From Candidatus Omnitrophota bacterium (GTDB taxonomy: Bacteria > Omnitrophota > Gorgyraeia > Zapsychrales > Fredricksoniimonadaceae): a stretch of DNA of 64,000 nucleotides. Below the pieces are notes generated by a model that was given only the letters and a program-made list of their open reading frames with translations, ran no database searches and was not told the origin of the DNA. Positions 27,879 to 38,522 of this stretch are shown here, piece after piece. The stretch covers positions 68,266 through 132,265 of the forward strand of contig CAJARJ010000012.1 in assembly GCA_903944345.1 (NCBI GenBank). The letters are read 5' to 3'. How positions within the stretch are numbered: position 1 is the first letter of the stretch; each line of letters opens with the position of its first letter. Both the position numbers and the translations under genes were made by a program.

Positions 27879-29426
27879 TTAGCGGCCTGGTAACTCTATG
27901 TCCAACAAAATTCCTGCCAGGTTCCGGGCAATCAGGCGGTTGCCATGCGCAGTGCAATGACCGAAATCTCCGGCAAAATTATCCGAAAAGTACCTGGCAA
28001 AGCCTTCCTTGGCCAGAGCGGAGATAAAACTGGTGCGGTTTTCGACAAAAACAATCCCGCTGTCAGCCGAAAATATGGCGCGCAAGGGCTCCAGACGGCG
28101 CACGGGATATTGCATGACAACCATGCGTGCGCCTGAAGCGCGCACTGCATCAACTATCCGGTTATAATTGTGGACTGTCACCGGCAAATACTGGTCCATG
28201 CGTTTCTGCTGTACGACCGCCTCGTTACGATATACCTGGGCAGCCGCCGTTTTCCCCTGTTTTTCGCACACCTCGGCCAAAAGAATAATGGTGGTGTGAT
28301 CCCAGCCATTAAGCTGCCGGGCCTGAAGCAGAGCCTGTTCTGCCTCGGCATAAAAGCCATGTTCGTCAAGCATTGCCCCGATTTCCAGATAAATCCACTC
28401 CGAACTTATTTTGAGCGACACCAGACGCATAAAAACATTCCTGGCGTCAGTGACTTTGCCTAGCCCCAGAAGCACCTTGCCCATTTCAAGCAGAAAAAAA
28501 GGCTCATCCGGCGCAAACCCCAGCATGCGATCAAGCAGAACAAGAGCGTTTGTGTAACGACCCAGCATCCTGAGGGACCGTATATATTCCATAATAATGA
28601 GCGGATCATTCACGCGCAATGACAAAGCCTCGTCAAAAATATCCAGAGCCTTTTGGTAATGCCCGTTAAATGTCTGCAAAAAACCGATTTCTTTCAGAAG
28701 AACAAACATGCGCTCGTCCAGAAGCTCCTTGCGACGGGCAAGCTCCTTGCTCAGCTCCTGCGGAAGGTCTGTCCGGGACAGGTCAGACTCAACGTCCTGC
28801 CTGAGCTTCCTGAGAACCACCAGGTCATCACTCAGTCCGGAAAGTCCGCGCTGAGGAGTTACGGGCAGATGCTGCTCCACAACTGCTGATGACAAATCCG
28901 GTGAAACGCCCTCGCCTGTGCCCAAACGCCGGGAAAGATGCTGGCCCAGAAGTCCAAAAAACTTGACAACTCTCAACCGCCTGAAAAACTCCGCCGGACC
29001 TGGGCGCCCCCCAACCGGCAGGGTGGCAGCTGCGTCATTTACGCCAATCATGCCAACCACAATATGAGGACGATACTGCTTCAGATCGCGTAACAGCTGA
29101 TCGTAAATGTCATAGGAATTCTTGCTGACCATCCCCCGGTTGATAACCTTGTAGGATATTGAGGAGGATTTATCGTTAAGAAGACGTTCAAGAAATGCCG
29201 GATAGGAATTAACACCACCCAGAGCCGTAGTGGACTCTCCGATACACAGAATCCGAACCTCGTTAGAATCAAAGGAAACCCTGTTGGCCTGCTGCTGGCG
29301 AAAAAGGAAAATAGCCCCGCCAACCCGAAAAAGAAGCTCCAGCAAGACAAGCGCGAAAAGAACTCCAAAGAAAAAAAGAAACAACTTCGCGCGTAATGTT
29401 GTGCCCACAGCCTCGGTCGTAATCAT
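27879..29426 (-). CDS. Membrane-anchored SGNH/GDSL-like hydrolase with inserted TPR region
   Basis: N-terminal TM, ILCIGESTT, INRG, GVND, TPR-like helices, C-terminal DFGH...GN. Confidence 0.75.
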   Translation of the reverse strand: MITTEAVGTTLRAKLFLFFFGVLFALVLLELLFRVGGAIFLFRQQQANRVSFDSNEVRILCIGESTTALGGVNSYPAFLERLLNDKSSSISYKVINRGMVSKNSYDIYDQLLRDLKQYRPHIVVGMIGVNDAAATLPVGGRPGPAEFFRRLRVVKFFGLLGQHLSRRLGTGEGVSPDLSSAVVEQHLPVTPQRGLSGLSDDLVVLRKLRQDVESDLSRTDLPQELSKELARRKELLDERMFVLLKEIGFLQTFNGHYQKALDIFDEALSLRVNDPLIIMEYIRSLRMLGRYTNALVLLDRMLGFAPDEPFFLLEMGKVLLGLGKVTDARNVFMRLVSLKISSEWIYLEIGAMLDEHGFYAEAEQALLQARQLNGWDHTTIILLAEVCEKQGKTAAAQVYRNEAVVQQKRMDQYLPVTVHNYNRIVDAVRASGARMVVMQYPVRRLEPLRAIFSADSGIVFVENRTSFISALAKEGFARYFSDNFAGDFGHCTAHGNRLIARNLAGILLDIELPGR

Positions 29427-29935
29427 CAGTTTCCGGGAGTACCGATAAGATCGATGGTTTGCCCCTCGGGATTGGTCAACGGGACTTCCCCTTCGAGGAT
29501 ATTGACGCCATTGCGAGTTTCGCTGATTTCCGCCCCCACCATGATCTCGTCGCCAGCGCTCATTTCGAGCGAAGAGCCTGTTGTAAGCATAACCTGGGCA
29601 TCACCGGCCAGCACCTGAATTGTAGCAGAATTGGTAAAGTCGTAACTAATATCCACAATAACACCCGGGACCATCAGCACAGTCTGAAATCCTGCTGTAA
29701 CCTGAACCGTGGAAATATCCGTAGTCGAAATCTCGGCTTCCCCGCTGAGAACCTCGATCGCTGCCCCCTCCGGAACGGGAGGAAGGGTTTCTCCTGGTAA
29801 ATATGTACGCACATCTCCGGACGAAAGGATGACCTTGAACTCTCCTGTGCGCTTGCCGACATTGATAGCGGCCTGGGACACATTGTCAAACGCAAAAAGA
29901 ACAAACAGCGATGAAAGAAAAAGTCTGGAAAACAT
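29426..29935 (-). CDS. Exported beta-rich hypothetical protein (FecR-like)
   Basis: AGGAGG RBS, signal peptide, repeated V..GE(A/V) beta motifs. Confidence 0.6.
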   Translation of the reverse strand: MFSRLFLSSLFVLFAFDNVSQAAINVGKRTGEFKVILSSGDVRTYLPGETLPPVPEGAAIEVLSGEAEISTTDISTVQVTAGFQTVLMVPGVIVDISYDFTNSATIQVLAGDAQVMLTTGSSLEMSAGDEIMVGAEISETRNGVNILEGEVPLTNPEGQTIDLIGTPGN

Positions 29936-30030
29936 AATTCCTCCTTTTAAGATCCGGATAAAAAAGAGCAAAGACCGCCTGCAATCAAACGGTACGCCCT
30001 TCCTAAAGCTAACATAGCGATACCATGAAA

Positions 30031-31707
30031 TCAACGCAGAAGTCCGGATTCTCCAGAGTCAACACTCATCAACTCCTCGGCCCGGGCCAGCGCATCCTTC
30101 ATGCTGAAAAGAACGTTCTTTTCTCCAATCATCTCGTAAAGATTGGTTTTGACCATTTCATTCAGCGGCTGCAGATGTATTCCTGTCACCAGCAGATGAA
30201 TCCCCTTGCGCCGGGAACGATCATAAAAACTTTTCAGAGCATGCATCCCTGATGAATCGATCAAAGGCACATCCTTGAAACGAAGAATTCGAACCTGTGG
30301 TTTACGGCTGACCTGACGGTCAACCTCGTCAAAGCTGTTGGCTGCACCAAAAAACAAGGGGCCATTGATTTCATAAACATCAACCCCGGGAGGAACATGA
30401 AACTCGGGTAACGGGGTTTCCTGACGGGTTTCCTGCTGACTGAACTCGTGCGCTATTACCCGAATAGCCGTTGCATCTGACATGCGTTTCATGAAAATAA
30501 AAGCCGACATCACCACCCCGGCCTCGATAGCAACATTAAGATCCACAAAAATAGTCAAACCAAAAGTAGCCAAAAGCACCAGTCGCCCGCCATTGGACCA
30601 TTTGAGCAATTCAACGAAAGAACGCCATTCACTCATATGGTAGGCAACAACCACCAGAATGCCGGCCAAACACGCCAAAGGAACAAATCTGATCCAGTAG
30701 CCGAAAAACAGCATAATTAAAAGAACTGTCACTGCGTGAACAATGCCAGCAACAGGCGTTCTCCCCCCATTTTTAACATTGGTAACTGTACGAGCGATCG
30801 CTCCGGTCGCAGGGATGCCTCCAAACAGGGCCGAAGCAATATTAGCCACACCCTGACCGATCAACTCGGTATTGGAGCGATGACGACCGCCGATCATCCC
30901 GTCAGCAACAATGGCTGATAAAAGGGATTCAATCGCCCCCAGCAGAGCTATGGCGACAGCCGGCTGAAAAAGTTCCCTGATTCTGGCAAGAGAAAACGCG
31001 GGCCAATGCGGCACCGGTAAAGTATGCGGCAACTCACCAAACCGGCTGCCAATAGTCTCGACCGGAAGGCCCAGAAAAGCCGCCAGTGCCGAAACCGATA
31101 CCAGAGCAATGAGCGCTCCGGGAATACGTTTGGAAAAACGGGGAAAGATAATAATAATCCCCACCGTCAAAAACGCCAAAGCCAGTGCATAAAGATTTAT
31201 AGTGGATATATGTTCAATAAAAACTTGCCACTTCTCCAGGAACTCGGCCGGAACCTGGGCTATCTCAAGACCCAGGAAGTCCTTGACCTGGGATGAAAAG
31301 ATAATAACCGCAATCCCGCTGGTAAAACCCACAATAACGGAATGCGGAATGAACTTGACCATAGTGCCCAGACCGGACAACCCCATGATCAATAATAGAA
31401 ACCCCGCCATTAACGTGGCAATCACCAGCCCGTCAAAGCCGTGCTTCTGGACGATACCGTACACAATTACAACAAAAGCCCCGGTAGGCCCCCCGATCTG
31501 AACCCGGCTGCCTCCCAGCACAGACACAAGAAAACCGGCTATAACCGCCGTGAATAACCCCTTGTCCGGAGAAACACCGGAAGCGATGGCAAAAGCAATG
31601 GCCAGCGGAATGGCCACGACACCAACCACAAATCCGGCGATACAATCAGCAACAAACTGATCCTTGTTGTAATCCTTAAGACAGGTGAACAACTTCGGGG
31701 CAAACAT
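30031..31707 (-). CDS. sulP: SulP/SLC26 anion (sulfate/bicarbonate) transporter with STAS domain
   Basis: IPLAIAFAIASG, GGPTGAF, ESLLSA, GPLFFGAA. Confidence 0.95.
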   Translation of the reverse strand: MFAPKLFTCLKDYNKDQFVADCIAGFVVGVVAIPLAIAFAIASGVSPDKGLFTAVIAGFLVSVLGGSRVQIGGPTGAFVVIVYGIVQKHGFDGLVIATLMAGFLLLIMGLSGLGTMVKFIPHSVIVGFTSGIAVIIFSSQVKDFLGLEIAQVPAEFLEKWQVFIEHISTINLYALALAFLTVGIIIIFPRFSKRIPGALIALVSVSALAAFLGLPVETIGSRFGELPHTLPVPHWPAFSLARIRELFQPAVAIALLGAIESLLSAIVADGMIGGRHRSNTELIGQGVANIASALFGGIPATGAIARTVTNVKNGGRTPVAGIVHAVTVLLIMLFFGYWIRFVPLACLAGILVVVAYHMSEWRSFVELLKWSNGGRLVLLATFGLTIFVDLNVAIEAGVVMSAFIFMKRMSDATAIRVIAHEFSQQETRQETPLPEFHVPPGVDVYEINGPLFFGAANSFDEVDRQVSRKPQVRILRFKDVPLIDSSGMHALKSFYDRSRRKGIHLLVTGIHLQPLNEMVKTNLYEMIGEKNVLFSMKDALARAEELMSVDSGESGLLR

Positions 31708-31780
31708 AAAACAACCTTTCTGTTACTGCGACTTGACAAGCAAAAGCCAGACTATACAGCTCGGCCAGCACCGAAAAATA

Positions 31781-32104
31781 TTACTTTTCCTGTCGCTTGA
31801 GAAGATTAATACATCTGACTACGATAAATATCGCAACAGCTATAATGAAAAAATCAATAACATTATTAATGAAGAGGCCATAATTCAATGTCACAGCTGG
31901 CACATCCGGTGCGGCTGCTTTAAGAACCAGTTTCAGATTCTTGAAGTCAACACCGCCAAGAAGCAAGCCGACCGGCGGCATGATAATATCGGTCACCAGC
32001 GAACTGACGATTTTCCCGAAACCGGCACCAATCACTATACCCACAGCCATATCCACTGCATTACCCTTGACTGCAAACTCCTGAAATTCCTTGACGATAG
32101 ACAT
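31781..32104 (-). CDS. mscL: Large-conductance mechanosensitive channel
   Basis: [32 protein letters not shown]. Confidence 0.96.
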   Translation of the reverse strand: MSIVKEFQEFAVKGNAVDMAVGIVIGAGFGKIVSSLVTDIIMPPVGLLLGGVDFKNLKLVLKAAAPDVPAVTLNYGLFINNVIDFFIIAVAIFIVVRCINLLKRQEK

Positions 32105-32178
32105 GTATTTGTCCTTTCAATAATAATGGTTTGCGTTAAGTTAAATTATTATAACCATGCTCTTTGGAAAACAGGGAA

Positions 32179-35100
32179 TCAGAATAAATCTTTTTTCTTT
32201 GCCCGCCATTCCAGCCGGCTAAGAAGAAGATAAACGCAGGGCACAACAAAGAGAGAGAAAAATGTAGAAACAACCGTGCCACCGATGATGGTCAGACCCA
32301 TTGGAGTACGCGTTTCCTGGCCGATACTGTTGCCAATAACCAGCGGCAGGGCCGCGGCCACAGTCGCCACCGAGGTCATCACAATCGGACGCAAGCGGAT
32401 CGGGCATGCGTGAACAAGCGCTTGCTGGACACTGAGGGCAGGACTGGATCGGCGAACCTGGTTGGTGAATTCTACAAGCAGGATGGCATTCTTTTTAGCG
32501 ATACCCATAAGAACAATGATGCCAATAAAACTGAAAAGATTGAGCGAAATACCGGTCATCCACAAAATAAGAAACACGCCCGTAAAGCTAAAGGGCAGCG
32601 ACATAAGCACCGTCACCGGATGCACAAAGGAATTAAACTGAATAGCCAGGATCATATAGGCGACCATGATCCCCATGACTAGCGCTCCCCCCAGACTTTT
32701 GAAAGTCTCGGTAAGACCGGCAGACGCACCTTCCAGAGCCAGATGATAGTCTTCCGGTAGAATTTCACGGGCAATGGCCTGAGCACGCGCCACAACCTGA
32801 CCCTGGGCATAGCCTCCGGCCGTATTACCAAAAATACCAATCGCGCGCTGACGGTTGATACGCGTAATAGACTGATAGGAAGACGACTCGCTGATATCCA
32901 CCAGCCGGGATAATGAAACCAGGTTGCCAAACTGGTTACGGACAAAAATCTTTTCTATATCTTTGGCAGAAGAGACGTATTCCTGAGGAAGCTTGATCCT
33001 GACATCATAGCGCTTGGCTTCGGCTGTATAACGACTTTGACGCGTTCCGGCCACAGCAACATTAAGAGTGCTGGCCACTGACTCAATGGAAACCCCATGC
33101 TCCGCCATCTTCTCGCGATTCGGGCGGATCAACAGTTCCGGAAGACCGCTGCGAAAGTCTGTGTCCATCTCCTGCGCAAAACCTTCGTCGGTCAGACGCT
33201 TGATGAGTTCGGCAGATTTCTTTTCCAGAATACCCAGGTCAGGTCCGGTCATAATAAAAGAAAGCGGATTAAGACGCCCGCTGGTCAGGTTGCGGGCCGA
33301 AATGTCGCGCATCGTCACGCGCACCCCTTTGACTTCCTTGAACCGTGCACGCAAATCCTCCATCACCTGCTGATGATTTTTTGCCCTGTACTTGCGGTCT
33401 TTAAGGGTGACCGGAAAAGACATCTGGTTGACTTCGGATGCGCCTCCCCCTCCGCCGATCGAAACCAGAAAACCCTCAACCTCGGGCTGAGCACTTATGA
33501 TAGTCTCCAGTGCTAGGGCTTTCTGCCGGGTTGTTTCCAGAGAGGTTCCAGGGGGAGTCTGTGCGCTAACAAAAATAAAATTCTGATCCTGCGCCGGAAC
33601 GAACTCCTGCTTGACGAGGGGCACCAGAAGCAGGGATCCGGCAAAGATGGCCAATGTTATGCCCACCACAAGCCAGGGCACACGAAGGATCCGCTGCAGG
33701 CCCCCCTGATAAACGCAAGCAAGCCTGCTTGAAACGACCTCAAGCCAGTGTTCAAAACGCGAAATTTTCGGCGCGGTGCCCAGCAGGGCCGCGGCCCGCA
33801 TCGGAGTGATCGTAACGGCTTCGAGCAAAGATAACATAACCGCGGCAGACATGGTTACGCCAAACTGGTAAAAGAATTTTCCGATAATCCCGTCCATAAA
33901 AACCACCGGAAGGAACACCGCCACAACCGCCAGACTTGCTGCCGTAGCCGCAGGCAAAATCTCGATAGCTCCGTCATAAGCCGCCTGGGCCGGAAGTTTA
34001 CCCATGCGGTAATGCCGCACAATATTTTCAAGGAGCATAATGGCATCGTCCACAACAATCGAAACCGCCAAAGTCAACGCCAGAAGGGTAAAAAGATTGA
34101 GAGTAAAGCCGGAGAAATATATGACCAGAAACGTTCCGATGATCGAAGTGGGAATGGAAAAAAGGATATTCAAGGCGGCCTGCCAGCTGCCCAAAAACAG
34201 CAGACAAACCAGAATCGTTACCACGCTTGCCGTGATCAATTTGCTGTAGGTTGTATGAACTACCGCCTCTGTCGGCTTGGTAAAATTAGCGTTTACACGA
34301 TAATGGTAGCCTTCCGGCAGGTGTGCTTCCAGTTCCTTGAGCTTTCGCTCGATAGCCCGGCCAACCTCTACTTCGTTGGAGCCTCTCTGCTTGCGGACAG
34401 ATGCGCTGACAGCTTCCTTGCCATTGACCCGCGCCAGACGGCGGATATCCGAAAGGCCGTCTTCTATCGCCGCCATATCGCCCAACCGATAAACCTTGTC
34501 CTGTATCACTTGCCCGCCACGCCTGAGGATCTGGATATTCTTCATTTCCTCAATACCGGCAACTTCTCCCATCCAACGCACACGCAACTCGCGGCTCTCC
34601 TGCGTGTACTGTCCCGCGGCAGTCTCCAGATGCTGGGACTGCAAGGCATCGGCCAGATCCAGAACAGTCAGGTCGGCTTCTTTTAATTTAAGCGGGTCAG
34701 GCCAGATGCGCACATTGCGTTCACTAAACCCGCCAATAGAAACCTCGCCAACCCCGTGCACAAAACGCAGCTGGTCGAGAAAATAATTATCCATAAACAG
34801 AATCACATCGCGGACAGGTCTGTCGGCATAAAGCGAAACAAACATAATCGGCGATTCTTCAGGATTCTTTTTACGAATAACCGGCGGATCTACCTCTGAT
34901 GGCAACCGCAGCTGGCTCAATGCCGCCTGGACTTCCTGGAGTGCGATATCCACATCACGATTGATATCAAAATCCAGACGAATCGATCCCTGGCCCTGAC
35001 GAACCGTGGATTTCATCTCGACAAGCCCCTCGATCGAAAGCAGGCGCTGTTCCATCTGGTCGATAATATCCGACTCGATTACCTCGGGAGCAGCACCTTC

Positions 35101-35253
35101 ATAAGACACAGAAATATCAAGAATAGGAAAATCGATATCGGGCATTTGGCTGATGCCCAGACGATTGAGGGCAATAGCACCAAAAATAATCAGCGCGGAC
35201 ATAAGAATCCACGCAAAAACGGTACGCTCAATAGCTAAGCGGATAAGGTTCAT
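32179..35253 (-). CDS. RND efflux transporter permease (AcrB family)
   Basis: 1024 aa, IVVDDAI..LENI, KNAILLVEF, RLRPIVMT. Confidence 0.95.
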   Translation of the reverse strand: MNLIRLAIERTVFAWILMSALIIFGAIALNRLGISQMPDIDFPILDISVSYEGAAPEVIESDIIDQMEQRLLSIEGLVEMKSTVRQGQGSIRLDFDINRDVDIALQEVQAALSQLRLPSEVDPPVIRKKNPEESPIMFVSLYADRPVRDVILFMDNYFLDQLRFVHGVGEVSIGGFSERNVRIWPDPLKLKEADLTVLDLADALQSQHLETAAGQYTQESRELRVRWMGEVAGIEEMKNIQILRRGGQVIQDKVYRLGDMAAIEDGLSDIRRLARVNGKEAVSASVRKQRGSNEVEVGRAIERKLKELEAHLPEGYHYRVNANFTKPTEAVVHTTYSKLITASVVTILVCLLFLGSWQAALNILFSIPTSIIGTFLVIYFSGFTLNLFTLLALTLAVSIVVDDAIMLLENIVRHYRMGKLPAQAAYDGAIEILPAATAASLAVVAVFLPVVFMDGIIGKFFYQFGVTMSAAVMLSLLEAVTITPMRAAALLGTAPKISRFEHWLEVVSSRLACVYQGGLQRILRVPWLVVGITLAIFAGSLLLVPLVKQEFVPAQDQNFIFVSAQTPPGTSLETTRQKALALETIISAQPEVEGFLVSIGGGGGASEVNQMSFPVTLKDRKYRAKNHQQVMEDLRARFKEVKGVRVTMRDISARNLTSGRLNPLSFIMTGPDLGILEKKSAELIKRLTDEGFAQEMDTDFRSGLPELLIRPNREKMAEHGVSIESVASTLNVAVAGTRQSRYTAEAKRYDVRIKLPQEYVSSAKDIEKIFVRNQFGNLVSLSRLVDISESSSYQSITRINRQRAIGIFGNTAGGYAQGQVVARAQAIAREILPEDYHLALEGASAGLTETFKSLGGALVMGIMVAYMILAIQFNSFVHPVTVLMSLPFSFTGVFLILWMTGISLNLFSFIGIIVLMGIAKKNAILLVEFTNQVRRSSPALSVQQALVHACPIRLRPIVMTSVATVAAALPLVIGNSIGQETRTPMGLTIIGGTVVSTFFSLFVVPCVYLLLSRLEWRAKKKDLF

Positions 35254-36677
35254 GGCGCAACACTCCCCCGCATAACAAAAAGACGGGCCCGGGCTTCTGT
35301 CTGACGGAGTTGGCGCAGCTGCTCAAGCACCAGCAGTTGACTCTCGGCTGCGTCTTGTTCAAAAGTGATGGCCTGAAACGCTGTGGAACGCCCTTTCTCG
35401 AAACGTAAACGCTCCTCGCGGCTCTTGTCATGCTGAAGTCTGGACAACTCCCTGGCAATTCCAAGGCGCTGCTTTTGCTCGCTGAGCGTCCTTTCCAGTT
35501 CAGACCACTGGATAGAGGACTGTCTTTCCAGCTTTTGCGCCCGAATTTCACCCGAACTGGCGGCAATATCGGCACTCTCCCGTGCCTTACGAATCAGACT
35601 GCGGCCCAAAGGAACAGAAAACACAATACCGATCTGATGATAGTCATTGTGTCGGGAGAAAGCCTGATCCCTGGCTCCCGATAATGACGGATGGAACCCC
35701 TGCTGACCATATGAATACCCGAGTTCCAGCCGGGGCTTTAACTGATCCGAGGCCAGACGGGCCTTGGCTTTAAGCAATCCGGCTTCGGACCGGGACTGCA
35801 GACTCCGGATGAGCACAGGGTATTCCGGAGCAAAATCCGCCCGGGCCGCCAACGAGACGAGAGGACGTTCATTCTCCAGATCCATATCCTCGGGAACAAG
35901 GTCACCTGGAAAAGAAATCTGCTCTTTAAGACGAGCCTGACTGGCCTTGAGGGTGTCTGCGGCCAGCTGAAGCTGTAATTCACGACCGGAAACCAATGCC
36001 TGGGCCTGAAGAATATCCACACGCTCGGCGGCTGAACGATTAAAACGCTCCTCTATCCAGGAAAGAATCCGCCGGCTTCGTTCGAGGTTTTCCTCGCGAA
36101 TGACAAGTTCCTGTCGGGTAGCGGCGATATCCCAATACAATTCTTCGAATACCGCAAGAGCTTCCTGCCGCTGAAGCAGAAGAGCCAGCAAACGGCTTTG
36201 CTGTTCGTTCCAGTCGCGTTCACGCCGGAGAGCTGTCTGGCGGCCAAAAGCATCCTGCCATAATGACTGGGAAACACCCAGCTGCCAGTTTAGAAGGCTT
36301 TGCGCATCATCCGTCGAAAGATAATCTGCTGTTTCCAGATAAGACGATGCGTCCAGGCGTGTGCCCGTTGCAGTGGGTTTACTCAAAAGAATTTCGGTGC
36401 TTTGGCCGGATAATTTTCGATTTGAAGAAGAGCTGGGGCGATTATCCCAGAATTTCTGCAGTCCGACACTCATGGTTGGAGCAAGTTCCAGATCGCGGGC
36501 GGAAATCTCCAGATCAAGTACCTGGATATCCTGCCGGATAGCTCGCAGGTCTTCCGAGCCGGAAAGAACCTGCTCCAAAAATGAATCCAGGGTCATGGCC
36601 ATGACCCCAGGTAACGGCATAGCAATAATAACAAGAAAAGCCGCCAGAACACCACGAAGGAATATGATAAGGATCAT
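35250..36677 (-). CDS. TolC-family outer-membrane efflux protein
   Basis: Signal peptide, two OEP-like helical repeats, overlaps the RND start. Confidence 0.85.
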   Translation of the reverse strand: MILIIFLRGVLAAFLVIIAMPLPGVMAMTLDSFLEQVLSGSEDLRAIRQDIQVLDLEISARDLELAPTMSVGLQKFWDNRPSSSSNRKLSGQSTEILLSKPTATGTRLDASSYLETADYLSTDDAQSLLNWQLGVSQSLWQDAFGRQTALRRERDWNEQQSRLLALLLQRQEALAVFEELYWDIAATRQELVIREENLERSRRILSWIEERFNRSAAERVDILQAQALVSGRELQLQLAADTLKASQARLKEQISFPGDLVPEDMDLENERPLVSLAARADFAPEYPVLIRSLQSRSEAGLLKAKARLASDQLKPRLELGYSYGQQGFHPSLSGARDQAFSRHNDYHQIGIVFSVPLGRSLIRKARESADIAASSGEIRAQKLERQSSIQWSELERTLSEQKQRLGIARELSRLQHDKSREERLRFEKGRSTAFQAITFEQDAAESQLLVLEQLRQLRQTEARARLFVMRGSVAP

Positions 36678-36736
36678 TACAGAACATTATTATAGATAGC
36701 CCTGCAAGTCAATCCTATTTTAAGCCCGATGGATCT

Positions 36737-36901
36737 TTATATTGCCCTAAAGACCCCCAGCTCACTGGCTGGCCGGATCAATTCGATCTGAGGCTCAAAC
36801 CCGTTAATTTGCACCTGCGAGAAATCCTGCTGGCTGGCCGGAAGAGGGACACCGTTGCCATCACGCAGAATCTGCATATCCAAAGACCTCTCGGCGAAAC
36901 C
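36737..36901 (-). pseudogene. Remnant or 46-aa ORF resembling a C-terminal domain of large exported proteins
   Basis: GFAERSLD-MQILRDGNGVPLPASQQDFSQVQINGFEPQIELIRPASELGVFRAI*; ending resembles GFVPILLGIRA of the 42155-44827 protein. Confidence 0.5.
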
Positions 36902-36922
36902 TCATCGATCAGAATAAGCCGA

Positions 36923-37345
36923 CTATTGAAGATCCCGATGCAAATACGGCAATCTTGTTCCAACTGATTCTGAAACAACCTCGACCGACCAGAAGGCATT
37001 GACCCACAGCCCAACGATTTTCTGCCTGGGGTAATAGCTCTTGAGGCGCTCAACAGAATCTCTGATCTGTTGACGATGAACCCTTTCATCCACCGGATTA
37101 CCCCGGCAATCATGATGACCAACAATAAACAAACGTGTTGATTGGTTAACATTCACCGAGATCGCAATGCTACGCAAAATTTCACCAATATCTTTCTGAG
37201 CAGACAGAACAGCATCCATCCCGGCCTCTGTAATGACATCAACAAAATCGACAGGATAATTAGCCTTGATCCACTGCAAAACCGGTAATTGCACCCGTCC
37301 ATCCATGCAATTCAAGCAAGTGGCCCTCACATCCATAAGATCCAT
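36923..37345 (-). CDS. Putative beta-class-like carbonic anhydrase
   Basis: CMDGR (CxDxR) and HHDC (HxxC) zinc-ligand motifs. Confidence 0.8.
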   Translation of the reverse strand: MDLMDVRATCLNCMDGRVQLPVLQWIKANYPVDFVDVITEAGMDAVLSAQKDIGEILRSIAISVNVNQSTRLFIVGHHDCRGNPVDERVHRQQIRDSVERLKSYYPRQKIVGLWVNAFWSVEVVSESVGTRLPYLHRDLQ

Positions 37346-37410
37346 TCCTTCCTCGTCGACAAGGTATTGTTATGATGTCCTGTCGTTCCCCTTCTGTAAA
37401 TCGCTTGTAC

Positions 37411-37524
37411 TCCCCCGCGTCTGGCGAGATACTCGCGGGCGATCCACTGCGGCATGAATCCTGTCTGCCATGCGCCAGTGTGCTAATTAGGAATAAGAAC
37501 ATGCCTTGTTTGCAGCGTTTCCAT
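37411..37524 (-). pseudogene. Gene fragment resembling the DUF4914 family, with internal stop
   Basis: [37 protein letters not shown]; family match from memory. Confidence 0.5.
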
Positions 37525-37609
37525 TATTTTTATTTCGGATGACTATACTCTTGACTTATACATCCGTAAAACTTATAGTTTCTATGAATAACATCTATAA
37601 TATCTAATT

Positions 37610-38506
37610 ATGATCCCATTTAACTACCACCACCTTTTTTACTTCTATACGATCGCGCGAACTGGCTCGATTGCAAAAGCCTGCCAGAAACTAAATCTTG
37701 CCCAGCCTACCATCAGCACACAGCTGAAACAGTTTGAACGGGATATTAAGGCCAAATTATTTATCAGGGAAAAGAAGAGACTGACCCTCACTGAAGAAGG
37801 CCGGCATGTTCTGTTCTACGCGACAGAGATTTTTGATGTGGGACGTGAAATGATGGACAGCATGAATGACTATTCCTTGCACGGCGGACTGAAGATTCAG
37901 ATCGGAATATCAAATCTGGTCCCTAAAGCCATCGTGGATGCTCTTCTGCAGTTCCTGTACAAGACAGCCCCAGAAGTTTACATATCCGTCTATGAAGACA
38001 AAACCGAGACACTCCTTGAGGGACTAAGAACACACCTTCTGGATATAGCCGTTTCTGATACAATAAAGCTTTCCCACGACGAAGCTGATATCGAGCACCA
38101 CCTAGCAGCCAAATTACCGATCCTATTCTGCGCAAACCAAAGCCTGGCACTGAAATACAAACGATTTCCTAAAGATCTGAACGAAGCGCCGATAATATTC
38201 CCAACAAACCAAAGTCGCACACACGAAGCCTTGCATGAATTCTTTATTCGTCACAAGATTGAACCCAGGATAGTAGGCGAAATCCAGGATGTTGAACTTG
38301 TCAGGCGACTGGTTCTTGCTGGCATCGGGATCGCCCCGCTTAACAAATTCACCGTGACCCAGGCACCAAGCAAAGAGCCTCTCGTCATCCTGAACCCCAA
38401 AGCACAGCCATCCATCTTTGAGCATATTTATCTTCTGACCAAGAAGCGCAAAAAGAAGCACCCTCTGGTACCTCGCATCATTGAGCATTTCCCAACAATT
38501 TACTAG
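37610..38506 (+). CDS. LysR-family regulator (NhaR-like)
   Basis: NYHHLFYFY..A..GSI..A...L...QPTIS.Q. Confidence 0.92.
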   Translation: MIPFNYHHLFYFYTIARTGSIAKACQKLNLAQPTISTQLKQFERDIKAKLFIREKKRLTLTEEGRHVLFYATEIFDVGREMMDSMNDYSLHGGLKIQIGISNLVPKAIVDALLQFLYKTAPEVYISVYEDKTETLLEGLRTHLLDIAVSDTIKLSHDEADIEHHLAAKLPILFCANQSLALKYKRFPKDLNEAPIIFPTNQSRTHEALHEFFIRHKIEPRIVGEIQDVELVRRLVLAGIGIAPLNKFTVTQAPSKEPLVILNPKAQPSIFEHIYLLTKKRKKKHPLVPRIIEHFPTIY

Positions 38507-38522
38507 CCTAACTCTGCCTGAG

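Noticed and set aside
37410-37419. CTCCCCCGCG 10-mer identical to the tRNA-Asn 3' end
   Set aside because: Too short, and explained by the Arg-Gly-Gly codons of the gene fragment.
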